Assembly (NCBI GenBank): GCA_963663965.2
Contig: CAXXFK010000040.1
Coordinates: 1 to 64,000, forward strand
Length of the DNA stretch: 64,000 bases
From: Sedimentisphaerales bacterium
GTDB lineage: Bacteria > Planctomycetota > Phycisphaerae > Sedimentisphaerales > SM23-30
Direction of reading: 5' to 3'
Below are positions 11,076-22,132 of this stretch, piece by piece. The translations under genes were made by a program, and so were the position numbers. The first letter of the stretch is position 1, and each line of letters begins with the position of its first letter. A model generated the notes under the pieces. It did not search any database. It had not been told where the DNA came from and saw only the letters and a list, made by a program, of their open reading frames with translations.

Positions 11076-11801
11076 TCATTCACTTTTCACCAGTTTATTC
11101 AATTCTTTTCTGATTACCTCATACAACTCCACAATCCACTCCGGCGCTGCCGGCATGGTATCCGGCAACTCCCGCACTCGAAAATCTACCGGACTGAGAA
11201 TCATCATAATGTTATCAATCCCGGTCAGCGAGGCCAGAATAAACAGATCCTCGGCCGCTTCATCCCCCATGGCCAGGCATCCGATGGAACAAGTATTGCC
11301 ATGAATCATAATATCACCGCCCAGGTTATCACGCCCATCGCATTGTCCCATTTCCCGGTCATACGCGTTGGGATAATCCAGTCGCAGGGCAAGGTGATAA
11401 CGGCTGTTGGGATTGAGCGACTCAACCCGATACAATCCTTCCGGCACCTGTCGATCACCTTCGCGTAACTTGGGCCCGGGTCCACCGCTGGCCCCCAGAA
11501 TCGGATACGATCTGAGCAACCGCAACGGATGACCCACCCACACCTCGAGCGTTTTTTCCTGCTTGAGTCCCACCAGGACCATCCTCTCCGGCGGCCAGTC
11601 CGCCCCAATCCGCTTAAAATCCGGTTCCAACCGTTGTTTCACCACCGCCCCATAGTCCTCCACCCGATCTGCCACTGTCTTTCGGCCTCGAAAGGTATGC
11701 AGCACCGCAATAATGGGACGGACAATCCCGGCCCGAAATGGATATAGACAAACCATCAGGATCATGAATATCAATAGAATGTGGCTTTTATTTATTTTCA
11801 T
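11076..11801 (-). CDS. YkuD-family L,D-transpeptidase (YafK/DpaA-like)
   Basis: GPKLREGDRQVPEGLY, NPNSRYHLALRLDYPN, GGDIMIHG and catalytic SIGCLAM. Confidence 0.88.
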   Translation of the reverse strand: MKINKSHILLIFMILMVCLYPFRAGIVRPIIAVLHTFRGRKTVADRVEDYGAVVKQRLEPDFKRIGADWPPERMVLVGLKQEKTLEVWVGHPLRLLRSYPILGASGGPGPKLREGDRQVPEGLYRVESLNPNSRYHLALRLDYPNAYDREMGQCDGRDNLGGDIMIHGNTCSIGCLAMGDEAAEDLFILASLTGIDNIMMILSPVDFRVRELPDTMPAAPEWIVELYEVIRKELNKLVKSE

Positions 11802-12040
11802 CACAGACACCAGAATGGTACTTGATATTCGAGTCCTGTCAAGCATGGAGATCAAATAGTTTCATTTAGTAAACATGCCATAAAACAAGAATTTACTATC
11901 GATAATTCCAGCAACAGGGCAGATGAAAATAGTATTACATAGCAAAACATAGCATTTGATCGGGCGTTGATATCATGCTAAACTATAAGCAATGATGACA
12001 GCTTCATCCATAGAATAACATTTATCAAGGAGTTGTGAAT

Positions 12041-14929
12041 ATGTCTATAACTAAATGGGTATCATCGGTCCTGATATTGGCCGCTTTTTACACTGATCAG
12101 CTATCAGCCAGTGACAATCCCATCCACCGGATCGTCATCGATGACTATGGCGACAATCCCGGCCGGCAGCTCCCGGTTGATTTTATCGGCAACCGTACCC
12201 TGCTAAATACCGACAATGTCACATACACGCTGACTGATGGCTGCCAGGCCCACATCGAGCAATTGCCCAATGGCAAATATTCCTGGGAATGGGCCGGCAG
12301 CGCTCTGGCATTCAATACCCCTCTCAACGCCGGTCTGCTTTTTAACTCGCTGATCAAAACCGGGTTCCTGCCTGAAATTGTCGGATTCCGAGTCTATTGC
12401 AGCGAAGTTTTGAACAATGAAAAGATCCGGCCCTTACTGGAATTCAAATTCGAGCTGAAAAACTCACAAAATGAACTGCTCCAGACGCAGACATTTAATA
12501 TGATGCAATTAACCGGCATGCCCAACTATCTGGAAATACAGATCGACTCAGAAATTGAGATAGCGGATATTGCCTCTGTCTCCTGGGTACTCGATCGCGC
12601 CGGTAAAGGGGACACCATCACTATCGACAGTCTGGAACTCGGTGTCCAATTCCCCCAGACGATCTCCATGACCGAACAAGCCATCTTAGCCCAGCTGAAT
12701 ATGCTTCTGACAAACTACGATCAAACCACCGGCATGGTCGCGGATCGCAACGGCATAGCGATTACCGATTTTGAAAATGTTACCGCTACCGGTAAACTGG
12801 CTAAAATCCTGGCTATGGCAATTACTAACGGATTGGTTGATGCAGAAGCCGGCAAAACGGAAATAATCAAAATTGCCAATCGCATTCTTGCACTGCCCCA
12901 GGGCCCACCCTCTGTCAATACCCTCCTGCCCCATTTCACCAGAAACGGAGGCAGCGAATTACTCTCCGGCTCGGAATGGTCCACGGTGGATACAGCCATA
13001 ACTTACCTCGATGTAGCCACTGCCCTGCAAATGATCGGCGATCCGGATAACCAGTTATCCTCAATCATGACCCGGCTCGAAGCCATTGACTGGGAACCTT
13101 TATATAACAATGGCTCATTCAGCCATGGCTATTACCAGAACGGCTCCCTGATCCCCTATTACTGGCAAGGGTTCGGCGCGGAAACCATGACCGTATTGCT
13201 GGCCGCCCGGATCGCCGATCCGCAACTTACCGGAACCATGCAGTCACCTCCCACCGACAATGGTTCAGGTTTTATACCATACCTCGGCCAGTGGTTCCGC
13301 GGCACAGACCGCTTTGACAACAACTGGACTGACCTGAAATGGCAGGAAGCCGCCGAACAGGTTGGCTTCTATTTCCAGAAAGATCATTACCACCGTTATT
13401 TCACTACAAAAAACTGGTTCGGCCTCAGCGCCGCCGAGGTCCCGGATGGCAATGGCTACTCCGCCTATGGTACTGGAGGTAAAGGCCAACCCCTCTATCA
13501 GGCTAATGAGCAAGATGTTGTTGTCAGTCATTATGCAGCCATGATCAGCCCGCTGTTACCGGATCCGGCCGAAGCAATGTATACCTCACTGATTTCTGAA
13601 AATCTGTTTGGTCCGTTGATCAATCTGGAATCCCTGTCAATTGACACCAGTGATCAATTAACAGTAAACACTAAATATCTCAGCTGGAACCTTACCCTGG
13701 CGCTGGAAGGCTGGCTCTGGAGCGATACTACCACAGCCGATACGACCCGTACTGCATTTCTGGCCATACCACAGATTCAATCCGCCTACGAATATTATTT
13801 CCCCCCGGATTCACAGACCGCCACCAATACCCAGACCATCCTGTTCCCTCAGGGCGACCTTAAAATCCCCCACCAGGCCGGCCTGCCCATTATCTGGCAG
13901 CCGGTCAATACCGCTCAAACAGTCACCTTGTATTATACTCTTGATGCGGGCGCCACCTGGGACTTGATCGGCCAGACCAGTGATGATGGCTATTACCTCT
14001 GGCAACCAACGGTATTTCTGGAAAACACCCAACTGCAAATCAAGCTCGTCAATCAGGCCAGCCAGGCAATCCTTTCTGAAACCAGCACAATCATTACCGA
14101 AACCAACACCCTGACTGCCATCAAAGCTCTTTTCAAACCAGGCAAATCCCGCGCTGCTCAGACAGACCGCATCGTACTCTATTTCGATCTGGCGTCAAAC
14201 AGTTTTAGCAGCGATGACTTAAGTAGTGATGGGATTACGGTAACAGCCCACAATCCCTATGGCGACACCCTGCTCGAACAAACCATCACCGTAACTGAAG
14301 GCAAATTGAGCGGCAATCGCTTCAGCTATAACAGCAAAACCCAACCGATCCGAACATTCAAACTCGATTTTAATAAAGAAACGCTTTATTTTTATTCCAA
14401 CAGTATCGATCTGACCGGATTAACCACCCCCTTGTTTGTCTGGATCAGATCCGGCCAGCACCTCGCCCGTTGCGTATTAACCGAATCCGCCGCCGACCAG
14501 TTGCTGGCACAATCGATCCTGGGTGAAACCGATATCACAGTCAATTCGATTAAACCGATTCCACTCCGCTTCCTGGCAGGCTACGACAATAAACTCCGTG
14601 TCGCCCGTCACTCATTTAAATCCGCTTCCGGATCATTATCCATCAAAGGCGAACTGGCAATTGTTGAACCGGAGCTATTTCTGGTCAACGACACCAATAT
14701 TCATTATGGTGAAAATTCCTGGACATTGCCTCATGAGCAGTTTTCGCAAAAAGGCGCTCGACTTCAATACACCCGTCGATCCGATATCCCGGTCAACTCC
14801 TTTTCGATCGATACCAGTAAATGCACCTTCAGTCTCAAAATTAAAGATCAGGAAATGATATCGAATCCTGCACCCACAGAATTAAGAATATGGTGTAATG
14901 CGTTTGATGAAACCGTTGGCTGGGATTAA
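12041..14929 (+). CDS. Large secreted protein with glycoamylase-like (GH144-related) (alpha/alpha)6 domain
   Basis: RBS AGGAG and signal peptide; TTGMVADR, SEWSTVDTA, LEAIDW, FSHGY, WFGLSAAE..GYSAYG and VVSHYAAM resemble glucoamylase-like/GH144 motifs. Confidence 0.55.
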   Translation: MSITKWVSSVLILAAFYTDQLSASDNPIHRIVIDDYGDNPGRQLPVDFIGNRTLLNTDNVTYTLTDGCQAHIEQLPNGKYSWEWAGSALAFNTPLNAGLLFNSLIKTGFLPEIVGFRVYCSEVLNNEKIRPLLEFKFELKNSQNELLQTQTFNMMQLTGMPNYLEIQIDSEIEIADIASVSWVLDRAGKGDTITIDSLELGVQFPQTISMTEQAILAQLNMLLTNYDQTTGMVADRNGIAITDFENVTATGKLAKILAMAITNGLVDAEAGKTEIIKIANRILALPQGPPSVNTLLPHFTRNGGSELLSGSEWSTVDTAITYLDVATALQMIGDPDNQLSSIMTRLEAIDWEPLYNNGSFSHGYYQNGSLIPYYWQGFGAETMTVLLAARIADPQLTGTMQSPPTDNGSGFIPYLGQWFRGTDRFDNNWTDLKWQEAAEQVGFYFQKDHYHRYFTTKNWFGLSAAEVPDGNGYSAYGTGGKGQPLYQANEQDVVVSHYAAMISPLLPDPAEAMYTSLISENLFGPLINLESLSIDTSDQLTVNTKYLSWNLTLALEGWLWSDTTTADTTRTAFLAIPQIQSAYEYYFPPDSQTATNTQTILFPQGDLKIPHQAGLPIIWQPVNTAQTVTLYYTLDAGATWDLIGQTSDDGYYLWQPTVFLENTQLQIKLVNQASQAILSETSTIITETNTLTAIKALFKPGKSRAAQTDRIVLYFDLASNSFSSDDLSSDGITVTAHNPYGDTLLEQTITVTEGKLSGNRFSYNSKTQPIRTFKLDFNKETLYFYSNSIDLTGLTTPLFVWIRSGQHLARCVLTESAADQLLAQSILGETDITVNSIKPIPLRFLAGYDNKLRVARHSFKSASGSLSIKGELAIVEPELFLVNDTNIHYGENSWTLPHEQFSQKGARLQYTRRSDIPVNSFSIDTSKCTFSLKIKDQEMISNPAPTELRIWCNAFDETVGWD

Positions 14930-15001
14930 AATTACTGGTATAATTCCACCTGCCAATCCGATTCGCCACTGCCGCCTGACGGGACCGGTATTGGCGAAAT
15001 A

Positions 15002-18000
15002 TTACTTCTCCGCTTGAATCTTGATTTCCCCCAGGTAAACCGGTGCATTTAAAATCCGGTTCTCCGGAATCTGGCTGGTATCGACCATCACAGCCGAGAC
15101 CCGGCATTGCCCGGCCGGAATCCCGGCCAGACGGGCAGGATAGACATCTTCAACAACCTGATCCGGTACCAGTTGCGACATGGGAGCCGACCAATCCATT
15201 AAATCATGCCGGGTATACCAGGGCGTCCCCCTACGGGTTATTTCGCCATTGACCTCCATTTGAAACGCAGGCATTATATTCGGCTTGATTTTTCCGGTTA
15301 CCCGCCACCAGGTGGATAAATACACAATGCCACCTTCCTTCGCATTGGCCGGGATCTGATATGCCAACAGTTCGATTCCAGGCGCCAATGGTTTCGCAGG
15401 ATTCAGAATGGTTGCCCCATCAGGAATATCCGGCGTAAGCAGAACCCGGGGACCTGAGGCAGGCAAAGACCCGCCTGCTATCGGAAATGTGGCAAACACC
15501 AGATTGGGATCGATGGTTTCCCGGGCGGTCACCTGGCATTCCGCTATGGGGATAACACCCATCGGGCGCCCTTCGAGGTCTTCATCGATCAGCAGGTGAG
15601 TATCCAAAGCGGCACACAAACGATTCATCTCACCAAGGACTTCATGAGCGTCATCATAAGATGCCGGAACGGTATGACCATCCAGGACCTGGGTTGGGAT
15701 GACCTCGATCTTCTGTACGCCGTCGGGAGAAAGATAAAGGCGAAAAAGACCTCCCCGCTTTCCTTCCGGGCTCAGTTCACAATCAAAAAGCAGATTGCCC
15801 ATATCATAAATAACCGCCTTGCCGTCAATTATTTCGATCCCCTGCAACTGGTGGGCGGAATGTCCCAGAATAACATCCACCCCGTTCTCAAAAGCAACAC
15901 GGGCCATCTCACGATGAATCGCCGGAGTTTGCTCAACCCAGTTGCTACCCCAGTGGATCGTAAGCGCCAGCAGATCGCAACGATCTCGCGCCCATTCCCC
16001 CAGTTCACGTGTCCGGGCGGCAAAATCGGCCAGTTCTTCCCGCACATAATGGGTTCCCGGCCGATTCTCTCCTGCCGCAAAACGGGGCATCGTCATATCC
16101 ATGCCCGCGATGGCAACCCGGACCGGTCCTACCCGAACCAGTTGCGGGCTTCCCGCCACCTTGATTTCATTCCCGATCCCGACACAAACCAGCCCGGCCT
16201 TTTCACTCCACATTCTGGTATCGGCTACGCTGTCAGGTCCATAATCCCCCCCGTGATTGTTGGCTGCCGTCACCATATCCATACCCACATCACTCAAACA
16301 ACGCAGCATGTCCGGCCTGGCCCGGTAGTAGAATGAACACCGCTCGCCTTTATCCACCGGAGCCCCTCTCAACGAAACACAGCATTCCAGATTACACAGC
16401 GCCGCGTCAGCCTGGGAAATAAACGGTTCCAGTTCTGACAGCGGCCACTCATACCCCATGCGTCCCACCCAGTCATGCTCCCAACGGGCCAGTACCGTAT
16501 CGCCACCGGCAATCAGAACACCTGATTCGGATGGGCCGGCAACCGCCGGTTTCTCGCGATATCGTTTGGCAGTTATGGTTGTGTATTTTCTCCGGGCCAA
16601 TTCAAGAACCTTAAACTCAAGATGATACAGAACTGTCTTTTTTTCTGTTCGTTCCGTAATCGCCAGGGGGATCAATATCACATCCGGCACCATCGCTTCC
16701 GGATACTGACTGGTATCCGCATTGGCCAGAATCCAGTATTCTTTGCTACCCGGCCCCTGTTCTTCCATAAACCGGTCAAAGGCTACTTCATCGATGAGCT
16801 TTATTTGCAGATTTCCGGTAATCCGGTTTTTCAGGGCGGAATGGATCGCCTGACGATTATCAGCCAGACCGACAATTGTCTGGTCTTCGACGGGCATCAC
16901 CACCACCGCCTTCTCATTAATCTGTTCTACGGATTCTGTCAACCGGTCTGCCAACTCAACGGCCAGGGCCTGCCAGATTTCCAAAGACGAATCGGTGGTA
17001 GTTGCTATCGGGGTGCTGCCGGAATTCGATTTTAACAGAAACTTTCCATCTCCATTGACAACCAGTCTGGATTCATTGCTTCGATACCAGCTGCGGAATG
17101 AAAAGAGTTGTCGGCTTTTTTCCAGGATTGTCTCGGCCAGATCTTCTGAGGAGCACAGTTTCCGCACCCAACGCTCTCGCAATCCATTCTCTTCATTCAA
17201 TCGTCCGGCCCGGCGCAAACAGGCATTACGGCCAGACCCGGCCAGCGCCTCGATCATTTTCAACTGATTGGTTTCAGATACATCATCCCAATGCAACAGG
17301 GCGCACTCCAGCAGATCCGCGGCCGGTGGTTCGGCTTGCCCCCCATCAAACCACGCGTAAGCCGCATTTACCTCGGATTCCGGATAGTATTCGAACCAGC
17401 GCACGCGATGATCATCCTTGAGTCCCGGATTCTTGCCTTCGACGCGAAGTTCGGCCCGATATTCCCAGCCCAGGGTGTCATCATCCCCACCCGCCTGACG
17501 GCACCAGATAATCGCGTCGTTATACACCCGGCCGAAATGGCTTCTCTTGCCCCGGATCGGATTGGCATCCCGGGAACAATCCGCCGGAAACCAGCCGTAA
17601 TCGGACAGATAGACCTCGGTCCAGCGGTGAAAAACGACATCCGTTGTCGGCAGGTCATGAAACCCATTACTGGTACCGCCAACGCAACGGGTTGGCAACC
17701 CGGCCAGCCGGCACAAACCGGACAGGACATAATTATACTCACTACAGGAACCATAGCCTCGCGTCAGTACCTCCGCGGCCGGATCCCAGACATCATCCCG
17801 CACATACCGGACTTTCGAAATGATGTAATCATGAATATTCACCAGTTTGTCATAATCGCTGGCCGCATCCCGGGTCAGATCGGCCGCCAGGTTACGCATC
17901 AAACTCGTGTCCATTGAATAGTTCTTTTCCGCCGCCAGATACAGTGTTCGTAATTCAGTCGCCAACTCCGGCGGTGAACCACCCGAGTCATGCCCGGTTG

Positions 18001-19384
18001 CGTTCCAGCTCATACTGCTCACCGTCAGCCCTGCCACAAAGCCAATATCGAACCATTGGCCGGCCTCGAGTTTATCGATCGAATAATGGGCCAGTTTCTG
18101 ACCATGCCGGTCGGTAAAGATACGCTGTTTCCCTTTTTCTGATAAATGCAGGTAGCGGATTTCCTGCCGGGGCGATGGCAAGGGCAACGGCATATAAATA
18201 TCTAATTTCCCTGATGGCTTTGGGGTTGGATTCATGACACGATAGCCATAGTGAATCGTTCGTCCAACGGGTTCCCACGTCGTGAATTTTTCTTCCTGAG
18301 AAACGGAAACAGCCTGGTTAACCGGATTGTCTATTAATTTTATTATGGCTTCCCAGACAATATTGCCCCGATCGGAATTGGTCATAATGACCGATCCGGA
18401 CTGGTTGGCCATATCGAACCGCGAATGACATCGGAAGCCGCTCCCATTGGTGCCGCTATGGCTCACCCACTGAGGGCTTTCTTCCGGGGCCGACACCACC
18501 CAGCCCAGCGAACGACAGGACCGTGCCACTCCTTTTTCCGGCTCAACCTGCAAGGTTGTCATCTGCTGAATCAGATCTTTTTGTAATGAATACGACGCGG
18601 AACGGTCCGGATTCATCATCTCCAATAAAAACCGCGCGTAATCCGTGGGTGTGGTATACAACGAATAGGCGGCATTGCCTTCGGTATAGAATCGCCGGCC
18701 TTTTTTCAGATTACCCTCTTTGTCATGCCCCCCGGCGTAATTCCCTTTAAGAGCTTCCCGCCAGACATAACTGCTGTGGTCCATCTTAAGCGGCTTGAGC
18801 AGAACACTATCCAACCAATCCGCCATGGGCTGCCCGGTGATTTTTTCAATCGCGGTCTGCAAATACAGATATCCCTCTCCGGAATAGGTGAATTTCGTGC
18901 CCGGTTGGTGCAGGACCTCTAAAGGCCCGCCTTTTTGCCAGCCGCCTTCACGCCAGTTGGGCAATCCGGTCCGGTGCAGCATGACCATTCTCCCGGTGAT
19001 TTCAGCGGCCTGGGGCTGATCGGCCAGATAGGGCTGATCAAGATAGGAATCTAAAGGGACGTCCAGATTAAGCCGTTTGTCTTCAACCAGTTTTAATGCC
19101 GCGTAGGTAAACAACGGCTTACTCATCGACGCCGCTTCAAATAACGTGGATTCATCAACCTTATCCGTCTTTCCGGCCGCTCTGACGCCATAACACCCTG
19201 ACCAGACAATACGATTATCCCGGATCAGCACCATCGACAAACCGGGCACCTTCTCATCCGCCATCAACTTCGGAATCGATGTATTCAGCCGGTCGATAAG
19301 AGCTGGTAGATTCTCCCCGGCCAATAAACTGGAATTCACAAGGATTACGACTAAAAGAATCATGCGTTGAATGGTACCAGGCAT
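15002..19384 (-). CDS. Secreted multidomain fusion: beta-lactamase-family serine hydrolase + transglutaminase-like domain + CapA/PGA_cap metallophosphoesterase
   Basis: FEAASMSK (SxxK), FTYSGEGY, VSHSG; GYGSCSEY..FHRWTEVY..WFPAD (Cys-His-Asp); AGGDTVL, CNLEC, TAANNHGGDYG, IHWG, ILGHSAH, IYDMGNLLFD. Confidence 0.85.
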   Translation of the reverse strand: MPGTIQRMILLVVILVNSSLLAGENLPALIDRLNTSIPKLMADEKVPGLSMVLIRDNRIVWSGCYGVRAAGKTDKVDESTLFEAASMSKPLFTYAALKLVEDKRLNLDVPLDSYLDQPYLADQPQAAEITGRMVMLHRTGLPNWREGGWQKGGPLEVLHQPGTKFTYSGEGYLYLQTAIEKITGQPMADWLDSVLLKPLKMDHSSYVWREALKGNYAGGHDKEGNLKKGRRFYTEGNAAYSLYTTPTDYARFLLEMMNPDRSASYSLQKDLIQQMTTLQVEPEKGVARSCRSLGWVVSAPEESPQWVSHSGTNGSGFRCHSRFDMANQSGSVIMTNSDRGNIVWEAIIKLIDNPVNQAVSVSQEEKFTTWEPVGRTIHYGYRVMNPTPKPSGKLDIYMPLPLPSPRQEIRYLHLSEKGKQRIFTDRHGQKLAHYSIDKLEAGQWFDIGFVAGLTVSSMSWNATGHDSGGSPPELATELRTLYLAAEKNYSMDTSLMRNLAADLTRDAASDYDKLVNIHDYIISKVRYVRDDVWDPAAEVLTRGYGSCSEYNYVLSGLCRLAGLPTRCVGGTSNGFHDLPTTDVVFHRWTEVYLSDYGWFPADCSRDANPIRGKRSHFGRVYNDAIIWCRQAGGDDDTLGWEYRAELRVEGKNPGLKDDHRVRWFEYYPESEVNAAYAWFDGGQAEPPAADLLECALLHWDDVSETNQLKMIEALAGSGRNACLRRAGRLNEENGLRERWVRKLCSSEDLAETILEKSRQLFSFRSWYRSNESRLVVNGDGKFLLKSNSGSTPIATTTDSSLEIWQALAVELADRLTESVEQINEKAVVVMPVEDQTIVGLADNRQAIHSALKNRITGNLQIKLIDEVAFDRFMEEQGPGSKEYWILANADTSQYPEAMVPDVILIPLAITERTEKKTVLYHLEFKVLELARRKYTTITAKRYREKPAVAGPSESGVLIAGGDTVLARWEHDWVGRMGYEWPLSELEPFISQADAALCNLECCVSLRGAPVDKGERCSFYYRARPDMLRCLSDVGMDMVTAANNHGGDYGPDSVADTRMWSEKAGLVCVGIGNEIKVAGSPQLVRVGPVRVAIAGMDMTMPRFAAGENRPGTHYVREELADFAARTRELGEWARDRCDLLALTIHWGSNWVEQTPAIHREMARVAFENGVDVILGHSAHQLQGIEIIDGKAVIYDMGNLLFDCELSPEGKRGGLFRLYLSPDGVQKIEVIPTQVLDGHTVPASYDDAHEVLGEMNRLCAALDTHLLIDEDLEGRPMGVIPIAECQVTARETIDPNLVFATFPIAGGSLPASGPRVLLTPDIPDGATILNPAKPLAPGIELLAYQIPANAKEGGIVYLSTWWRVTGKIKPNIMPAFQMEVNGEITRRGTPWYTRHDLMDWSAPMSQLVPDQVVEDVYPARLAGIPAGQCRVSAVMVDTSQIPENRILNAPVYLGEIKIQAEK

Positions 19385-19445
19385 AAGTTTTTACCTTATA
19401 AATATTCTGTTCAAGGATTCTATACTGCTTACAATTGAAAATGCC

Positions 19446-19521
19446 CGCTGGGCCGTGATATAAGTTCTACACGAGTAAATACTTATCTTGCAAGCGATCG
19501 GGAATTTTAATACCCATTGGG
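19446..19521. repeat. ~76-bp intergenic repeat, copy 1 (copy 2 at 26082-26157)
   Basis: CGCTGGGCCGTGATATAAGTTCTACACGAGTAAATACTTATCTTGC..GATC.GGA.TTT.ATACCCAT, near-identical to 26082. Confidence 0.85.
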
Positions 19522-19680
19522 TATATTTATTTTGACTGTGATACTGTCATATTTATTGTTTGATGGATTATAATCCAGATTCCGGCCGGTAGTAAGCATA
19601 AAATAGATCATATAACCTATTCATAAGATTGTATTCGAATATTATAGTTTATTATCAGTAAGTCTTTAGGTACGAAATAG

Positions 19681-19699
19681 TTAACTAAGACTTAGTTAA
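19681..19699. promoter_or_regulatory. Perfect 19-bp palindrome in a divergent promoter region
   Basis: TTAACTAAG-A-CTTAGTTAA between the divergent fusion gene and the ECF sigma gene. Confidence 0.45.
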
Positions 19700-19931
19700 G
19701 CCATCAATACACAATTACCATCAAAATCACAGATCCGCACTTAGATCTTGCCCGGTTATCCTCCAGACATTCTTGCTATATCTGCTTTTTATTCATATTT
19801 TTATATCAAACACTCTCACAAACCAGACTGATAGCATCAATATTTCAAAAATTTTGATTTTAAGGTTTAAAATTCAACCGGGTTTGCCCATCCTGATATG
19901 GTTCTCGATATTGACGTAAAGGACTATTTGC

Positions 19932-20450
19932 ATGAGTATGGATAACGATAGTTTTCTCGAGTTGCTGATTCCAAACCAGAAACGGCTTTTCTCGTACATC
20001 GTCAAGTTAATCCCAAACTATTCGGACGCGGAAGATGTCATGCAGGAAGTGGTTCAGCTTTTATGGAAAAAATATTCCGATTACGTACCCAACACGGATT
20101 TTATCGCCTGGGCCTTGTCAATTGCCCGCTACAAGGTCTTTGAATACTACAAGGAAAGCAAGCGGAACCAGCAACGCCTGAGCAACGAAACCGTCCGGAT
20201 TCTGGAAAAAGAATCATTGATCTCGAATAAGGAGTTCGACAGGCATTTAGAAGCCATCAAGACCTGTCTCGATAAGTTGAAACAGAGCGATTATCTGCTC
20301 ATCAAACTCAGGTATGAATTGAACGAAAAGGTTAAAAGCATTGCTGCGCGTTTTGGCTGTTCTGTGCAGAACATTTACCGAAACCTCACGCGGGTGCACA
20401 ACCTCCTGCTGTCGTGCGTGAACCGGCAATATCATCGGGAAGAATCATAA
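19932..20450 (+). CDS. ECF sigma-70 factor (Rhodopirellula/Verrucomicrobia type)
   Basis: RLFSYIVKLIPNYSDAEDVMQEV, FIAWALSIARYKV and a region 4 HTH. Confidence 0.92.
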   Translation: MSMDNDSFLELLIPNQKRLFSYIVKLIPNYSDAEDVMQEVVQLLWKKYSDYVPNTDFIAWALSIARYKVFEYYKESKRNQQRLSNETVRILEKESLISNKEFDRHLEAIKTCLDKLKQSDYLLIKLRYELNEKVKSIAARFGCSVQNIYRNLTRVHNLLLSCVNRQYHREES

Positions 20451-22132
20451 TGGATAAGATGGATAAAATGAAAAACGGCCAGATGATTCTAATGGCCCTG
20501 GATGGCAAGATGACCGATGAGCAGTTTGCCGAATTCGATCTGCGCTTGCGTGAAGATGCCGAATTCCGGCAATATTATTTACAATTCATGCACATAAATG
20601 CCTCTCTTAACGCGATCGATAAATTTCCCAGTTATCGAAACGATGAAAGCTCCGGCATACTGGATTATGAAATCTGGGAACAATTTTCCCGGATGGAACA
20701 CACCGCCCCTGCGATCGAAACCGTCGAAATCGAAAAGCCGGAACCGGAACCCGCGCCCGCGCGTCAGGTAGAACGGGGAAAAAGGCCGTATCCAAAAAGA
20801 AAAACCCATTTCCTTGTTACGATTTTAAGCACCGCGGCGCTGATAGCCATCGTTCTTTATCTGGAATTTTCCCCGACGGCCAGTCGACACATTCCAGTGG
20901 CAACGCTCGTCGATCAGATCAATGCACACTGGGCCCAATCCCAGATCAGCCTGAAAAAAGGAGACCGGTTATGGCCCCGTAAAGGAATGCTGGAATTGCA
21001 AAAGGGAATTGTCAAAATCCGCTATGATGAAGGAGTGGATGTGATCATTGAAGGTCCGGCGGCTTTTGAAATTGAGCGGGCCAGAATTCTGCTCGATTTC
21101 GGCCGTTTATACAGTAAAGTATCCGATTCCGGACTGGGCTTCACGGTGATTACGCCGACGTCGCGATTTATTGATCACGGCACCGAATTCGGCGTTCATG
21201 CCGATGTGAATGGTTCCTCTGAGTTGCATGTCATCAAAGGCAAGGTGCAGTTGTTTGCCGGAAGCCAAAACAAGTCAAAAGTGGGTCAACTGCTGACTGA
21301 AGGCAATGCCGCTCGCTATGATGAAGTGCTGGGTAAGCTTGACAATATTCCGATTGCCCAGGCAACCTTTGTCCGGCAAATCGATTCTAACAGCAACTTC
21401 GTCTGGCGGGGCCAGAAAATTGATCTGGCAAATCTGGCAACCGGCGGCAACGGCATATCCACTCCGGGCCATGTCGCCGCGATTGATCCGCGCACCGGAT
21501 TGGAATCGGATATCCTCCCCGTCGACCGGCAGGCAGCCAACACCTATGTTCCGATCCATTGGAACCCCTATCTCGATGGCGTCTTTGTGCCCGATGGCTC
21601 TCAGACACAAATCGTCACCTCTCAGGGTCATACCTTTGAGCAGTGTCCGCCGACCAATGGCCTTTTCTACTCAGATATTCTCGTGAATAAGGAATCTGCC
21701 AGTAAAAAGATTGCCATGGTTCTCCAGGGGATTGATTATGGAGTTTCCGATCACCCGGGCATCTTTTTGCATGCCAATCTCGGCATCACTTTCGATCTGA
21801 ATCGTATCCGGCAACTGGTTATGACAGATGGCAATTTTGTTTTTCGCTCGAAAATCGGCATCAGTGAACGGGGAACTCCCCGACAGTGCAACGCGGATTT
21901 CTGGGTGCTGGTTGATGGCCAGATCCGATACCAGAGATGTCAGGTCCAAACCAAAGGCCTCTGCGATATCATCGAAATCACCTTGCACCCAAATGACAAA
22001 TTCCTGACCTTGATGACGACCGATGGCGGAGATACCGAATCGCCCGAAGTTAAAAAATCGACTACCAATATCATAAGAGCAACGGAAAGCGACTGGTGTA
22101 TTTTCGCTGAACCGGCGCTGATTATAAAGTGA
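20450..22132 (+). CDS. FecR-domain anti-sigma factor with C-terminal NPCBM-like domain
   Basis: TAATG overlap with the sigma gene; single TM; IIEGPAAF, GFTVITP, DHGTEFGV, ELHVIKGKV; HANLGITFDL, FLTLMTTDGGD. Confidence 0.88.
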   Translation: MDKMDKMKNGQMILMALDGKMTDEQFAEFDLRLREDAEFRQYYLQFMHINASLNAIDKFPSYRNDESSGILDYEIWEQFSRMEHTAPAIETVEIEKPEPEPAPARQVERGKRPYPKRKTHFLVTILSTAALIAIVLYLEFSPTASRHIPVATLVDQINAHWAQSQISLKKGDRLWPRKGMLELQKGIVKIRYDEGVDVIIEGPAAFEIERARILLDFGRLYSKVSDSGLGFTVITPTSRFIDHGTEFGVHADVNGSSELHVIKGKVQLFAGSQNKSKVGQLLTEGNAARYDEVLGKLDNIPIAQATFVRQIDSNSNFVWRGQKIDLANLATGGNGISTPGHVAAIDPRTGLESDILPVDRQAANTYVPIHWNPYLDGVFVPDGSQTQIVTSQGHTFEQCPPTNGLFYSDILVNKESASKKIAMVLQGIDYGVSDHPGIFLHANLGITFDLNRIRQLVMTDGNFVFRSKIGISERGTPRQCNADFWVLVDGQIRYQRCQVQTKGLCDIIEITLHPNDKFLTLMTTDGGDTESPEVKKSTTNIIRATESDWCIFAEPALIIK

